The notes under the pieces: model-generated
The model's database searches: none
What the model was told of the DNA's origin: nothing
What the model saw: the letters and a program-made list of their open reading frames with translations, nothing else
Part shown: piece by piece, positions 30,504 through 42,024 of the stretch
Position numbering within the stretch: the first letter of the stretch is position 1
How the letters are laid out: every line of letters starts with the position of its first letter
Program-made: the position numbers and the translations under genes
IMG/VR virus record: IMGVR_UViG_2833005253_000001
Coordinates: 1-64,000 of that record
Source of the DNA: a virus
Lineage: Duplodnaviria > Caudoviricetes
DNA: 64,000 bases
Reading direction: 5' to 3' (one strand)

Positions 30504-30966
30504 AGGGGAGATTGTTCTGTTTGCATTACGTAAAGCGGGTATTGCTTCAGAGGCGACTAATATAGATGTAGAGCCCCAATCCTTTGAGGAGGGCATTAAT
30601 GACCTTGAAGACTTGATGGCCGAGTTGCAGATTACATTTGGGGATTTGGGCTATCAATTTTCCGCAGAAGAAGAAAACCCCACCTCCGATGATGCTTCCG
30701 GGCTTCCTCGCAAATATAAACAGGTGATGGGTTATCAATTGATGCTGAGAATGTTATCGGATTATGGCATTGAACCCACACCGAGACAAGAAGCTTCAGC
30801 GGCGGCCGCCTATGATGCGTTGCTCACTGATACGCTGAGCGTCCCCTCGATAGCAAGACGGGGTGATATGCCGGTTGGCCAGGGGAATAACTATACCGCG
30901 TTAGGTACGGCGAGTTATTATGTTGAGCGAGGTTTTCATGCCAAAAATACAGATCCCGTTAGCTAA
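30484..30966 (+). CDS. Head-tail adaptor, P22 gp4-like
   Basis: TKGEIVLFALRKAGIAS, DLEDLMAE, MPVGQGN. Confidence 0.9.
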   Translation: MTKPLTKGEIVLFALRKAGIASEATNIDVEPQSFEEGINDLEDLMAELQITFGDLGYQFSAEEENPTSDDASGLPRKYKQVMGYQLMLRMLSDYGIEPTPRQEASAAAAYDALLTDTLSVPSIARRGDMPVGQGNNYTALGTASYYVERGFHAKNTDPVS

Positions 30967-32353
30967 AGGATTAGTTAAAGATATCAAAACAGCCGATTAT
31001 ATTGATGCCTTACCTGTAAATATGTTAGCCACACCCAAAGAAGTCCTGAATGCCTCGGGTTATTTACGCTCTTTCCCTGGCATTGAGAAAAAGCAGGACG
31101 CAAAGGGTGTTTCACGGGGTGTCCATTTTAATACCAAAAATAACGCGCTCTATCGGGTCTGTGGCAATACACTTTATCGTAATGACAAAGAAGTTGCTGA
31201 TATAGCTGGAATGAGCCGAGTATCTATGTCTCACTCGAGTCATAGTCAGGCGATTTGTTTTGAAGGTAAAGTAAAGTTATATAGATATGACGGTACCGAG
31301 AAGGCATTATCAAACTGGCCAAAGGATAAATACCCTCAATATGATTTAGGTGAAGTGATTGATGTTTGTCGAAATCGGGGGCGTTACATCTGGTTACAAA
31401 AAGGGGGTGAACGATTTGGCGTAACTGATTTGGAAGATGAATCCAAACCGGATAGATATCAGCCTTTTTATCGCGCTGAATCTCAGCCCGATGGCATCGT
31501 TTCCGTCGACGCATGGCGAGACCTGATTGTTTGTTTTGGGTCGTCAAGTATCGAGTATTTTACCTTAACCGGATCGGCGGATACATCCCAACCGCTTTAT
31601 ATTCATCAAGCCGCTTATATGATCCAAGCGGGTATTGCCGGTCGTGATTGCAAATGTCGTTATCAAGACAAATACGCCATCTTGAGCCATCAATCGACCG
31701 GGCAACCGGCGGTTTATCTCATCGGCGCAGGTGAAAAAAACAAAATATCTACCGCGACCATCGATAAAATTATCCGTTATTATTCTGCGGATGAATTAGC
31801 GGCTTCCTTTATGGAGTCGATTCGATTTGACAACCATGAATTATTACTCCTTCACCTGCCCAAACACACCCTTTGTTTTGATGGCTCAGCAAGCCATCAA
31901 TATTCGCAATGGTCATTACTGAAAAGCGGATTTTATGATGAGCCTTATCGGGCGATTGATTTTATGTTTTTTGACAATCAAATCACCGTCGGTGATAAGA
32001 AAGAAGGCGTGCTCGGTCATTTAATTTTCAATGCGTCAAATCAATATGAACAGCAGACTGAACACCTTCTTTATACCCCGATGATAAAAGCGGATAATGC
32101 CCGATTATTTGATTTTGAACTGGAAGCTTCAACGGGTGTTGCTCAAATCGCGGATAAGTTATTTCTGTCTGTCACAACAGACGGCATTAATTACAGCAGA
32201 GAACAACTAATAGAACAAAATTCCCCTTTTCAGTATGACAAACGCATTCTCTGGCGACGGATTGGACGCGTGAGAAAAAATATCGGCTTTAAAATCCGTA
32301 TCATCACTAAATCACCGGTGACCTTATCCGATTTGTCAATCAGGATGGAATAA
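30938..32353 (+). CDS. Tail hub / DNA stabilisation protein, P22 gp10-like
   Basis: About 470 aa; DALPVNMLATPKEVLNASGYLRSFPGI, AESQPDGI. Confidence 0.92.
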   Translation: MPKIQIPLAKGLVKDIKTADYIDALPVNMLATPKEVLNASGYLRSFPGIEKKQDAKGVSRGVHFNTKNNALYRVCGNTLYRNDKEVADIAGMSRVSMSHSSHSQAICFEGKVKLYRYDGTEKALSNWPKDKYPQYDLGEVIDVCRNRGRYIWLQKGGERFGVTDLEDESKPDRYQPFYRAESQPDGIVSVDAWRDLIVCFGSSSIEYFTLTGSADTSQPLYIHQAAYMIQAGIAGRDCKCRYQDKYAILSHQSTGQPAVYLIGAGEKNKISTATIDKIIRYYSADELAASFMESIRFDNHELLLLHLPKHTLCFDGSASHQYSQWSLLKSGFYDEPYRAIDFMFFDNQITVGDKKEGVLGHLIFNASNQYEQQTEHLLYTPMIKADNARLFDFELEASTGVAQIADKLFLSVTTDGINYSREQLIEQNSPFQYDKRILWRRIGRVRKNIGFKIRIITKSPVTLSDLSIRME

Positions 32354-32709
32354 TGAACCGACGTAATGCGGATAACCCGGTTGAGCTTCAGGTCACGCAC
32401 ATTGACCCAACGATTTTACCCGCTAATTTTTCGACCGCCTACCGCATGATTGTCTTAAACAATTTATCGGATATGGGTAGAGTGGCCGGTAAAGCCAATG
32501 AAGCGGCGGACGATGCCTATCAGTCGAAAACAAGAAATGATGAGCAAGATAGGGTACTGGCGACACAGGCGCAGCAGATTAATGCGGTAAGCATACAGGC
32601 TTCCGCTCATCAATCGGAAATTCAGACTTTAGAAAATGGATTAATCGCAGCCAGACAACGCATTAACGCATTAGAAGAGGCGTTACGTTCGCATGGATTA
32701 ATTGACTGA
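32353..32709 (+). CDS. Tail needle, gp26-like (short, no knob domain)
   Basis: IDPTILPANFSTAYR, VAGKANEA, RNDEQD coiled coil. Confidence 0.82.
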   Translation: MNRRNADNPVELQVTHIDPTILPANFSTAYRMIVLNNLSDMGRVAGKANEAADDAYQSKTRNDEQDRVLATQAQQINAVSIQASAHQSEIQTLENGLIAARQRINALEEALRSHGLID

Positions 32710-33176
32710 TGGAAATTAAAGTGATTGAGAATATCGAACAGTTTTATCGGTTTTTTACGGATAAAGCCAAAGTCGGTTATGCCATGGAAAATAACGGGGA
32801 GTATCAATTAAAAAATAATCAGCTTTATGTGGGTGTTTACGAAGGGTTAATGCTCGTTGGTTTTTTCTCAATTGAATTTATTCGCAACAAGTTAATTGAA
32901 GTGCATCCGGTGTTTGAGCCTGGATTCAGAGGTCAATACGCATTAGCGGCAACAAAACGATTTTCAAACTGGTTGATTAATAATATCCATTTTTCCACCG
33001 TCATCACGTATGTCCCTGAGAAGACCCCATGGGGAAAAGTCATTTGTCAATTAATGAAGATGCGAAAAGTGGGGGTGATTGATAACGCCTTGACGGCAGG
33101 TCATCACCAAATCAATATGACCCTGTATCAAGTCACGAAAGAGGAATTAGTCAATGGGTGGAAGCAGCGGAGATAA
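32709..33176 (+). CDS. Head assembly protein gp14-like (DUF2824)
   Basis: YVGVYEGLMLVG, EVHPVFEPGFRG; position after gp26. Confidence 0.8.
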   Translation: MEIKVIENIEQFYRFFTDKAKVGYAMENNGEYQLKNNQLYVGVYEGLMLVGFFSIEFIRNKLIEVHPVFEPGFRGQYALAATKRFSNWLINNIHFSTVITYVPEKTPWGKVICQLMKMRKVGVIDNALTAGHHQINMTLYQVTKEELVNGWKQRR

Positions 33177-33783
33177 TGGCGCAAGCGAACAGGCCAGAGC
33201 ATCACGTGAAGCAATCGGCTTGCAAAGAGCACAATGGAATCAGGTGATGCAAAATTTGGCGCCGTATATGAAAGTGGGCGGCCCGGCATTAGGGGAATTG
33301 CAAAATCTGACGACATTAGACGGTCAAGGACAGGCATTAAACCAATTTTACCACTCCCAACCGTTTAATGATTTAGCCAATCAAGCCCGCTATCAACATT
33401 TAAATGCCGCTGAAGCGACAGGCGGTTTAGGTTCAACCGCAACCGGCAATCAATTAGCCGCGATTGCACCCGCATTGGGTCAAAACTGGTTATCGGGACA
33501 GATGCAAAATTACGGTAATTTAGTGGGTATTGGGATGAATGCGGCCAGTGGACAGGCTTCTGCCGGGCAAAATTATGCCAATAACGTGGGTCAGTTATTA
33601 CAGAATATGGGGGCTGCTAATGCCGCTGCGGCCAATAGTCCTTCTGGATTTCACCGCGCGTTAGGTGGGGGTACGGCCGGTGCTTTAACCGGGGCAAGCA
33701 TTGGGGCGATGAAGGGGTCTATTGGCGGCCCCTGGGGTGCTGCCATCGGTGGAGGGCTCGGTCTGTTAGGGAGTTTATTTTAA
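33154..33783 (+). CDS. DNA ejection protein gp7-like
   Basis: Gly/Ala/Gln-rich; AAEATGGLGSTATGNQLAAIAP. Confidence 0.88.
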   Translation: MGGSSGDNGASEQARASREAIGLQRAQWNQVMQNLAPYMKVGGPALGELQNLTTLDGQGQALNQFYHSQPFNDLANQARYQHLNAAEATGGLGSTATGNQLAAIAPALGQNWLSGQMQNYGNLVGIGMNAASGQASAGQNYANNVGQLLQNMGAANAAAANSPSGFHRALGGGTAGALTGASIGAMKGSIGGPWGAAIGGGLGLLGSLF

Positions 33784-33795
33784 TCAGGAGTTTCT

Positions 33796-35184
33796 ATGGC
33801 AACGTTTCAACTGGCGGGATTGCCAAGTCTGCAAATAGAAAATCAAACGGCGGGCGGATTAGGCTTGCCCACTGTACCGCAATATGCAGAAAGGCCCAAT
33901 ACGGGTGTGATGTTAGCCCAGGGTTTAGGGGCCATTTCTGAGCGATTAGAGGCGAACAAACAACAGCAGTCAGAAGCGGATTTTATGAAATCATTGGGTA
34001 CGGCTTATGCGGCTAATGATCGTGATGCCATGAAGCAATTGGCCGCGGCACATCCTGAACAAATCGAGCGCATTCAAAAAGGGATGGGTTTTATTGATCA
34101 GGATAGAAATCAGATGATTGGTCAAGCGGCAATGGATTTGCGTCTTGCAGCGAAAAGGGGGGATCAATCGCTTATCGCTTCTTTACAGAAAAATGTACCC
34201 CTATTAGGTCAATTCGGTTTGACACCCGAAGAAGTCTTTTTATCCTACAAGCAAGACCCCCAACAATTTGACAAAATGACCGATTTAATTCATCTGCACG
34301 CTGACCCAAAGAGTTATTTTGACGTTCAGGATAAACAAGAAGGGCGGAACATTGACAGAAATAAATTGGCTGAAACGGAACGAAGCAATCGAGCAGGTGA
34401 GACTTTAACAATGCGAGGACAGTATATCAGTGGAGCAAATGCGTTAACTGCTGCTTATGCGCCTACTGCGGCGATGCAAAACTATCGTCAATACGCTGAA
34501 ATGCTTCAGTCAGATCCGGATGCGGCGATGGCATTTGCGAATGCGGCGGGTATTAATACCGTCAGTAAAAAGCTCATGAAGGTTGAGAAAAATGACGATG
34601 GCTCAGTAACCAAATATTACACGGATGGGAGTGAAGAAACGGGAAAAATAAACCAGCCCATTGCGGGTGATGGCATTAAGCCAATCAGCCTGCCACACGC
34701 GCAAAGTATCATTGATAAAGCCAATGAGGGATCAAAAAAAGCAGCGGGATTCGCCCTCCGCCTGAAGGATTCCATGGATTCAATGCATAAATTAGGGAAA
34801 AAAATAGACACTAAACGCGTGGCATTAATCAATCGCGCGCTGGGTGAGGGAGCCATTGCGAACCTGAGTCTTTCTCCAGTAGAGCAACAGTACATGGTCA
34901 ATGCAAGGGATGCCCTGTATGCCATTCTTCGTCCAGAAACAGGCGCCGCCATTACGCTCCCCGAGATGCAAGAATATGCAAAAATGTATCTCCCTCAGCC
35001 GGGCGATTCTACACTCGCAACAGAAACAAAAATGAAAAAGATGCAAGGTCAATACAACGCCCTGAGAGGGCAATCAGGAAGAGTCTATGATGCTTTGGTC
35101 GTCTCTTCCGCTGCCCACAATCAACGTCTGCAATCAGATGGTCGCTATACATCAAAGTCAGGCATTCAATTTAAGGTAGAGTGA
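33796..35184 (+). CDS. DNA ejection protein gp20-like
   Basis: MATFQLAG start, [12 protein letters not shown]; position between gp7 and gp16. Confidence 0.85.
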   Translation: MATFQLAGLPSLQIENQTAGGLGLPTVPQYAERPNTGVMLAQGLGAISERLEANKQQQSEADFMKSLGTAYAANDRDAMKQLAAAHPEQIERIQKGMGFIDQDRNQMIGQAAMDLRLAAKRGDQSLIASLQKNVPLLGQFGLTPEEVFLSYKQDPQQFDKMTDLIHLHADPKSYFDVQDKQEGRNIDRNKLAETERSNRAGETLTMRGQYISGANALTAAYAPTAAMQNYRQYAEMLQSDPDAAMAFANAAGINTVSKKLMKVEKNDDGSVTKYYTDGSEETGKINQPIAGDGIKPISLPHAQSIIDKANEGSKKAAGFALRLKDSMDSMHKLGKKIDTKRVALINRALGEGAIANLSLSPVEQQYMVNARDALYAILRPETGAAITLPEMQEYAKMYLPQPGDSTLATETKMKKMQGQYNALRGQSGRVYDALVVSSAAHNQRLQSDGRYTSKSGIQFKVE

Positions 35185-37061
35185 TGAAAGTAACGGCAAA
35201 GGGGAAAACGTTTGTGTTTCCCGATGGTACTCGCATCGATGGTATTGGTGAGGCCATTGACGAGTACTTTGCTGGGCAATCTACTCAGTCTGGGGAAATA
35301 GCGAATCATCACGATAATAATGCGTTGTCATCGGCTCAAATGGCCAATCTTGATATCCCCACGGATGAAATCTTAGCTTATCACGACAAACAGAATCCCC
35401 ATGAATCGTCGCAAATACAAGATCCGTTCACGGAGGCGGGACGGGGTTTAGTGAATATCCCGTTTGATGTCCTTCAAGGCGGGGCTAATCTTATCAATGC
35501 ATTAAGTCAAGCTGTCGGTGGGGGTCGATTATTAGGCGATATTTATCGTCCCGTAGACAGGCCTGCAGACCCTTACGCCCTGGCTGGGGAGACAGTGGGT
35601 GATTACCTTATCCCAGGGCTTGGCGCAGCAGGAAAGATGATGGTAGGTTCGCTTGCTGATGCCTCGAATCAACGAGGCGATTTTGCCCAGAACGCTGCGA
35701 CAAATGCTGGGGTTAACCTTGCCGCGCAAGGGTTGCTGTCTGCAGCGGCAAAAGGGGTTGGGAAGGGGATTGCGGCACTAAAAGGTGAGATTGCTCCAGA
35801 GGCAGCCCAGAAGATGATGACAGCTGAATCAATGGGCGTTGCGCCAATGACATCAGACATGCTTCCACCCCAGAATGCACTGACTCGTGGGCTGACTCAG
35901 GGCGGGGAAGGTGCGTTGCTGGGTACGGGGGCGCGTAGGGCAGCGCAACAGACAACACGCCGCAAACTGGTCAGTGATTATCTCGACCGGTTTGGTGAGT
36001 ACAATCCTGATACGGTGGTTAAGTCACTGACCTCAAATTTGAAAAGTCGTAAAGATGCCGCGGGGCGTGTTATTGACGATATAACGCAAAAAATGGGCGT
36101 AAATCCGGTAGAAACAACCCATGCCGTTAACGCCATTGATACCGTTCTACCAAGGCTTGAGAAGCTAGGGACATCGGTAGACCAGAATTTGCTTAATACC
36201 CTCCGAAATTTAAAGGGAGAATTAACTCAGCAAGGCGGTGTTGATTTTGACCTGCTTAAGCAACACAGAACGGCCTTTCGCTCAAATGTTCAGGGAGATG
36301 CCCTGGTGTTTCCAAACCACGCCAAAGCAATCACAAATCGGGTTGAAAATGCCATGACAAAAGATTTGCGAAACTCAGTCAGCAAGTCCCTTAGCCCCCA
36401 GGAAGCCGCCACTTACCTCAAAGCGAATTCGGATTACGAAAACGTCTACAACAAGGTGCTGAATAAACGCATCGCTCGCAACCTAAATAAAGCGACCCGT
36501 GAAGCCACCCCCGAGTTAATTAACAGCGTAGTCTACAGTCGTAATGCCTCAGATATTAAACGTATATGGCCAGCGCTGGATAATACCGGAAAGGATGCCG
36601 TACGTGCAGCATATATCGCCAAAATTGCTGAAACGGTAGGGGATTCGCCCGCAAAATTCATGACACAAATTAGCAAGTTGAAGAAGCAAGCTGGTGGCGA
36701 AATCTATAACACGGTATTCAGCGCAAGGCATATGAAGGAGCTTGAGGCGCTCAATGATGTCCTCCAGACAACTCAGCGCGCGGATACGGCAAATATAGTG
36801 ACACAGACGGGTCAGGCATTGGCTAATCCGCTAAGGATTGGAGCGGCTTTCGGCTCTGGCGGGGTGTCTCTAGCCGGTGAAGTGGGCTTCGGGATGGTGA
36901 TGAGGATGTATGAGTCCAGGCCGGTAAGAAACGCATTGTTGCGGCTGGCAAACAAAAAGACGGGCACGCCAGCTTATGAGCGGGCCTTAAATAACGCTGT
37001 TAAGCTTTTTCGCCCTATCATTGCGGCCTCTTCCAGTCAACAGCAGTCAGAAACGCAATAA
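35181..37061 (+). CDS. DNA ejection protein gp16-like
   Basis: [32 protein letters not shown]. Confidence 0.87.
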   Translation: MMKVTAKGKTFVFPDGTRIDGIGEAIDEYFAGQSTQSGEIANHHDNNALSSAQMANLDIPTDEILAYHDKQNPHESSQIQDPFTEAGRGLVNIPFDVLQGGANLINALSQAVGGGRLLGDIYRPVDRPADPYALAGETVGDYLIPGLGAAGKMMVGSLADASNQRGDFAQNAATNAGVNLAAQGLLSAAAKGVGKGIAALKGEIAPEAAQKMMTAESMGVAPMTSDMLPPQNALTRGLTQGGEGALLGTGARRAAQQTTRRKLVSDYLDRFGEYNPDTVVKSLTSNLKSRKDAAGRVIDDITQKMGVNPVETTHAVNAIDTVLPRLEKLGTSVDQNLLNTLRNLKGELTQQGGVDFDLLKQHRTAFRSNVQGDALVFPNHAKAITNRVENAMTKDLRNSVSKSLSPQEAATYLKANSDYENVYNKVLNKRIARNLNKATREATPELINSVVYSRNASDIKRIWPALDNTGKDAVRAAYIAKIAETVGDSPAKFMTQISKLKKQAGGEIYNTVFSARHMKELEALNDVLQTTQRADTANIVTQTGQALANPLRIGAAFGSGGVSLAGEVGFGMVMRMYESRPVRNALLRLANKKTGTPAYERALNNAVKLFRPIIAASSSQQQSETQ

Positions 37062-37089
37062 AAAACTTACTCTATGCAGGGAGAAAGGT

Positions 37090-38109
37090 ATGTCAAAAAT
37101 TATCCCCAATATTGTCGTGAGTATGCCCACTCAGTTATTTACGCTAAGACGAAAATTTCAGGCATGTTCAAACGGCAAAATCTATATCGGTAAAAGCAAT
37201 ACCGATCCAACAATACCAACGAACCAGATTCAAGTGTATATTGAAAACGAAGATGGCTCAACAGTGCCGGTTGCTCAACCCATTATGATTAATCACGCCG
37301 GGTTCCCGGTTTATAATGGACAAATCGCTAAATTTGTGACAGTCGAAAGCCACTCGATGGCGGTCTATGATAGTGATGGCGCCCAACAGTTTTATTTCGC
37401 TGACATATTGAAATATGGCCCCAATAGATTTAAAGAACAGGCTGCACAGTATATTGCGTATATCGAAAAATTAAAAGGAACGACTACACAAACGACCGGT
37501 GACTCAACAACCGATGTGATGAGCCAAAAAGCCTGTACAGATACTTTTGCGGAAAAAAATTCAAAAGAACCCCTCAAAGCTGGAAGACTTAACCTTGAAT
37601 CCTCAAACGGTGATACGATTTTTAATCTGGGCGGTACAGACGGGTCAGCAGGTTCTGAGTTTGCGTATGTCAAAAATTCAAAAAGAACCCAGATTTACGA
37701 TACAGCCACACAGACCACTTTATTATTTCCACAAAAAAATGGCACGCTGGCAGTAGAGGAAGATACCTATACAAAAACAGAAGTCGATGCAAAAATAAAT
37801 TCAGTAAAATGGACAACAAATAAATTGGCAAATGGTTGGATGAAAGATCCGAATACGGGCATAATTATTCAGTGGGGTAGCGTGTATAAAACTGATAGGT
37901 CAAGAAAGTTATTTCCTATGGCTTTCCCAAATACCTTAGCCGGAATGGGATTGGCTAATTTCAATTACAATGATACGCTATCTGAAATGTATGCACCTAA
38001 TATAATGAGTGCGGATAAAGTTGGATTTAAAATGCGTCAGAGTTTGGTCACTGATGGATATAAGGATTCTCCATTAACTGATATGAGATGGATTGCAATA
38101 GGATGGTAA
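37090..38109 (+). CDS. Tail fibre with P22 tailspike head-binding N-terminal domain
   Basis: NIVVSMPTQLFT..NGKIYIGK..DPT..NQIQVY head-binding domain; C-terminal GIIIQWG..FPMAFPN..WIAIGW fibre tip. Confidence 0.88.
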   Translation: MSKIIPNIVVSMPTQLFTLRRKFQACSNGKIYIGKSNTDPTIPTNQIQVYIENEDGSTVPVAQPIMINHAGFPVYNGQIAKFVTVESHSMAVYDSDGAQQFYFADILKYGPNRFKEQAAQYIAYIEKLKGTTTQTTGDSTTDVMSQKACTDTFAEKNSKEPLKAGRLNLESSNGDTIFNLGGTDGSAGSEFAYVKNSKRTQIYDTATQTTLLFPQKNGTLAVEEDTYTKTEVDAKINSVKWTTNKLANGWMKDPNTGIIIQWGSVYKTDRSRKLFPMAFPNTLAGMGLANFNYNDTLSEMYAPNIMSADKVGFKMRQSLVTDGYKDSPLTDMRWIAIGW

Positions 38110-38555
38110 TCATGAATTCAGTAAACGAAGAAACTTATTATTTTGGTCAGAGAAAATTAGCCTGGTTCGCCGGTTCAATGAAAAAGGATTATATCGAAGC
38201 GGGTAGCTGGGATGATAAAGCCAAAGCAGTCCCCTACAGCGTTTATCGTGAATTTGCGCTTAATCCAGCCCCTATCGGTAAAACGTTAGGGATCAGTGAA
38301 AAGGGTGACCCAATTTGGGTAGATATTCCGCCTAAAACAAAGCATCAATTAATCACAGAGGCTGAAGATAAAAAAAGCGGGCTAATGCAGGGTGCAAGAG
38401 AGGTTATTTCCCCTTTGCAAGATGTGATTGATTTGGAGATGGCAACGCAAGAAGAGACGCAAAAATTGACAGCATGGAAGCGATATCGAGTACTGCTTAA
38501 TCGTCTCGATACCTCAAACGCGCCGGATATTGATTGGCCTAAGAAACCGGAATAA
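38103..38555 (+). CDS. tfa: Tail fibre assembly chaperone (Tfa)
   Basis: ISPLQDVIDLEMAT..LTAWKRYRVLLNRLDTSNAPDIDWP. Confidence 0.9.
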   Translation: MVIMNSVNEETYYFGQRKLAWFAGSMKKDYIEAGSWDDKAKAVPYSVYREFALNPAPIGKTLGISEKGDPIWVDIPPKTKHQLITEAEDKKSGLMQGAREVISPLQDVIDLEMATQEETQKLTAWKRYRVLLNRLDTSNAPDIDWPKKPE

Positions 38556-38795
38556 CTGCATCATAAAGATATTATCTTAGTGATTGAGTGTGTTGTTAAG
38601 TGCGACTAACTTAGCCATAAAAATTTCTTGGTGGTTAAACGAATGGTTAGGGCGGTTTTGGATTAGTTAATCCAAAAATTGGAAATTCAACACAGAGCTA
38701 AAAGACTTAATGGTTGTTTAGCAAATTATTCTGTATAACTTGAAAAATAACTTTTTTAATGTGATTAGTACAAAGACGCTTAGCTATATTTATTT

Positions 38796-38815
38796 AGTGG
38801 GACGGATTTGGGACA
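38796..38815 (+). promoter_or_regulatory. Putative integrase arm-type sites, right arm
   Basis: AGTGGGACGGATTTGGGACA; 18/20 match to 21-40. Confidence 0.65.
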
Positions 38816-38922
38816 AGTATCCGCAAGTATGATGGATTATCTGTACGTTTCTGAAAGCATCTTTTGACGTGAGAGCGAGGAAAGATGGGGTATATCAATG
38901 AATTATAAGGTGAAGCTACTCA

Positions 38923-38967
38923 CTTCTAAGCCGTAGGTCACTGGTTCGAATCCAGTAGGGCGTACCA
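38923..38967 (+). other. attR core: 3' half of tRNA-Arg(UCU), flanked by IHF consensus sites
   Basis: CTTCTAA anticodon loop, GGTTCGAATCC T-arm and terminal CCA, but no matching 5' half; WATCAANNNNTTR matches at 38893-38905 and 38972-38984. Confidence 0.9.
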
Positions 38968-38998
38968 ATAAAATCAAGGGGTTACGTAGTTTTGTCTC

Positions 38999-40145
38999 CT
39001 AGGAATTATTTAAAAGTGCCAGATTAGTGACATCGTTTGCCAACGCCTCGTCAATTTTCTTGGCATGCTCAGTCAGGTGGCTGGGCGAAAGGTGTGCGTA
39101 ACGACGTACCATTTCGATAGATTCCCAGCCGCCCATTTCCTGCAAAACAGAGAGTGGAACACCTGATTGTATCAGCCAACTTGCCCAAGTATGTCTAAGA
39201 TCATGAAAACGAAAATTTTCTATCCCCGCTTTTTTTAACCCCGTTTTCCAAGCTCTATTATCATCAACCCTGAATTTACTCACAAGATCCTGCTTTTCTC
39301 CTTCACGGCCTTGGACTGTCTTCTTTCTCACAAAAACCCAACGAGAGTGTCTTCCAAGTTGCTCTCTCAGAACCCTACAAGCCGTCTCATTAAGGGCAAC
39401 TCCAATCGCTTTACCTGCCTTTGCTTGCTCCGGATGGATCCACGCCACTTTTCTTTCCATATCTATTTGCTGCCATTCTAAATGGATAATATTAGAACGA
39501 CGTAACCCCGTGGCTAACGCAAAGATCACTATCGGCCTGAAATTTTTGATTTACCACTGAAATCAGTCGATTCGCTTCTTCACGAGATAACCAGCGGACA
39601 CGCTTATCATTTGGTTTTCGTACTTTTAAATTCAGGGGCTTGGCTAACCATCCCCATTCATTGGCGGCAATACGCATGAGACCTCGCATAAAAGACAGAT
39701 ATTGACTGCGAGTAGCGGGTGACACCGCCTTATCATTAAAATCAGGTACTTGATAACCTGTTTTTAAGGAGGCACGCTTTATTGAGACCCACCGTTGCTG
39801 ATGTCTGCGATTTTTCATCTCTGAAATCACATGGGTGACTTCATCTTCTGTAATATTTGACAAGGACTTTTTTGAAAAATGCAATAAAAAAAATGCAATT
39901 TTGGTTTTATCATCATCCAATGATCGCTTATGTTGCTTTTCTTTAATCCATCTCACACAAGCTTCTTCAAATGTTTTTTGCGGAATTTCTCCGAGTTTAT
40001 TTTCTCGCCAAGCATTCGATTTTAGTTTATCGTGCAACTCCTGTGCTTCCTTCTTGTCCGCTGTTCCAAGAGATTGCCTAATTCTTTGGCCGTCTGACGT
40101 AACGAAATCACAGTGCCAGATCCCGTACCGCATTTTGATTGACAT
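38999..40145 (-). pseudogene. int: Tyrosine integrase paralogous to APSE int, frameshifted near 39540
   Basis: ORFs 39492-40145 and 38999-39529 join into one integrase; shares [34 protein letters not shown] with 1-1173. Confidence 0.92.
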
Positions 40146-40372
40146 ACGAACTGCTCCTTTTGTCTGCCAACCGCATTCACATTTTCATTGTTGATCGTGC
40201 GGCGGATGGATTCAATACAATCTGTTTTTAAGAGGCGATATTCACCTCTTTTCCCATCGTGCCCAGTTCTATTGCAAGGCAGCCGTCCAGATTTAATCCA
40301 TGTTTTGAGCGTATTTTCGCTGAGTTTCATAAATTGGCAGGCTTCTTTCAGGGTAAAAATTTCTTCATTCAT
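40022..40372 (-). CDS. xis: Excisionase-like HTH protein
   Basis: FTLKEACQFMKLSENTLKTWIKSG HTH; overlaps the int start as in APSE. Confidence 0.8.
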   Translation of the reverse strand: MNEEIFTLKEACQFMKLSENTLKTWIKSGRLPCNRTGHDGKRGEYRLLKTDCIESIRRTINNENVNAVGRQKEQFVCQSKCGTGSGTVISLRQTAKELGNLLEQRTRRKHRSCTIN

Positions 40373-40892
40373 TCTGTTTTCCTCTCAATTTGAGATTTAA
40401 ATCCGGAGCCAAACGCCCTGAGATGTCTTTTTTTAGTGCATCCAATAACGCTTTCTGATTGATGTGTTTGTTCTCTAGAGCCTCAAGGACAGTGATATCT
40501 ATAGAGTCATTCATGACGAGATGATGGATAAAAACAGGCCTGGTCTGGCCTTGGCGGTGAAGCCTTGCGTTAAATTGCTGATACAGTTCAAGCGACCAGT
40601 TCAAACCAAACCACACAATGATGTTGCCGCCAGATTGAAGATTGAGTCCATGCCCCGCACTGGCAGGATGCGCCAGGAGGAGAGGGATTTTTCCAGTATT
40701 CCAACGGTCAATCGTGTCAGCGGCATGGCCAATAAGTTCAGCCTTGGGGAATCTCACTTTGATTCGCGCTAAATCTGATTGGTAGTTGTAGGCAACCAGC
40801 ACAGGTTGGCCAGCCGCTTCTTGAATCATTTCTTCCAAGGCGTCCAGCTTGGTATCGTGAACTGTTTCAAAAGCGCCTTTATCGTCTGTATA
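40365..40892 (-). pseudogene. C-terminal remnant of SNF2-like helicase, truncated by IS630
   Basis: YTDDKGAFETVHDTKLDALEE..HPASAGHGLNLQ..NARLHRQGQ aligns with the APSE helicase C-terminus; the frame ends at the IS. Confidence 0.9.
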
Positions 40893-41795
40893 TAGCTGAA
40901 CGAAATAATTTTGGTGACGTCATGTAATGAGAAAATAAAGCATCGATACTGCAATTGACCGCTCTTCTTTTGCTTTTTGCTTCTGCCCATTTATGCTCAA
41001 CAGGATTGAGATCAGGCGAGTAAGGAGGCAGATATTCAATGATATGCCCCGCGTCATCGATCACTTTTTGAGTGTCCAAACGTTTGTGGAAGGTCGCATT
41101 ATCCATGACCACCACAGAGTCGGGTGGCAAACTCGGCAGAAGTATCTGAATGACCCAGGCGTGAAACACATCACTATTCACAGAACACATGAACAATCCC
41201 ACCGCCATCAGCGCTTTTCCCAGTAACGCCCCGATCACATTGGTTCGACCCTTTGCCTGCCCATTATGTTGACCGAAACAGCGTTGACCCCGTGGGGCAT
41301 AGCCATATCAACGCGGCATATCATGGGCAAAGCCGCTTTCATCCAGGTAAACGACTGATTTCCCCCGTTTTTCATAGTCAGCTATCTTGTTTTGGAAGGC
41401 TTGCCTCATATCTTCGTTCGCCTTGGGATGATTGAGGGTTTTTTTTATAGGTGACGCCCAAACGTTTCAGGGCGGACCAAATGGCTTTGGTACACACCCC
41501 GAAACGTTTAGCCCTTTCATGCTGGTAAGCATCCGGGTAACGCTCAACATCCTTGAGTAAAGCCGCTTTATCTATTTTACGCTGCCGGGGGAAGAGGGGT
41601 TCTTTTCAATTCGCTTCAGCCAGCGGGTAATCGAAGTGGCACCGATGTGAAAGCGTTTTGCCGTTTCTCTTATGCTCCACTTTTCTTTTTCTCTTACATT
41701 CAGCACGTGACGGCGAAAATCAACTGAATGACTCATCTCTCTCCCTTTTGAAATCATTAAATTTATTTCGTAACCGAAATTATTTCGTTAAGCTA
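40893..41795 (-). mobile_element. IS630-family element with inactivated transposase
   Basis: 19-bp TIRs TAGCT(G/T)AACGAAATAATTT, flanking TA, MDNATFH and YSPDLNPVE motifs; orfA ends early and orfB has an in-frame TGA. Confidence 0.92.
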
Positions 41796-41832
41796 TAACA
41801 TAAACAAGTAAAATCAATCTAATGGATGATAA

Positions 41833-42023
41833 AAGTAACAGGTAACACCTAATTTTATTAATTTATATAAAAATTTAACTAAAAAACTATATATATTTAT
41901 ATATAGTTTTTAAATGGGGGTGCTACCTACTTACTCCTGTTACCTTTTAATAAAAATATCATTATTATACATAGAGTTAGAAAAGATTCTGACAAGAGGG
42001 TGGTGCTACCCCTAGATGTGACC
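41833..42023. repeat. Ori-like module 1 (GGTAACA / TG(C/T)TACC iterons), left part lost to the IS
   Basis: GTAACAGGTAACACC 41835-41849; AT palindrome 41882-41911; GGTGCTACC at 41919 and 42002; TGTTACC 41938; TGTGACC 42017. Confidence 0.65.
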
Positions 42024-42024
42024 T

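Larger units (their letters stand above)
1..38967. mobile_element. APSE prophage (APSE-3-like, YD-repeat toxin type), apparently intact; left att lies just outside the window
   Basis: Gene order int-xis-helicase-antirepressors-VRR-NUC-polA-SSB-exo-cI/cro-primase-Q-toxin-lysis-P22-like virion genes matches the known APSE layout; about 39 kb; ends in a tRNA-Arg 3' fragment. Confidence 0.95.

Noticed and set aside
38890-38967. Full-length tRNA-Arg gene
   Set aside because: Only the anticodon loop to CCA is present; the upstream sequence cannot form the acceptor or D stems, so it is an att core.
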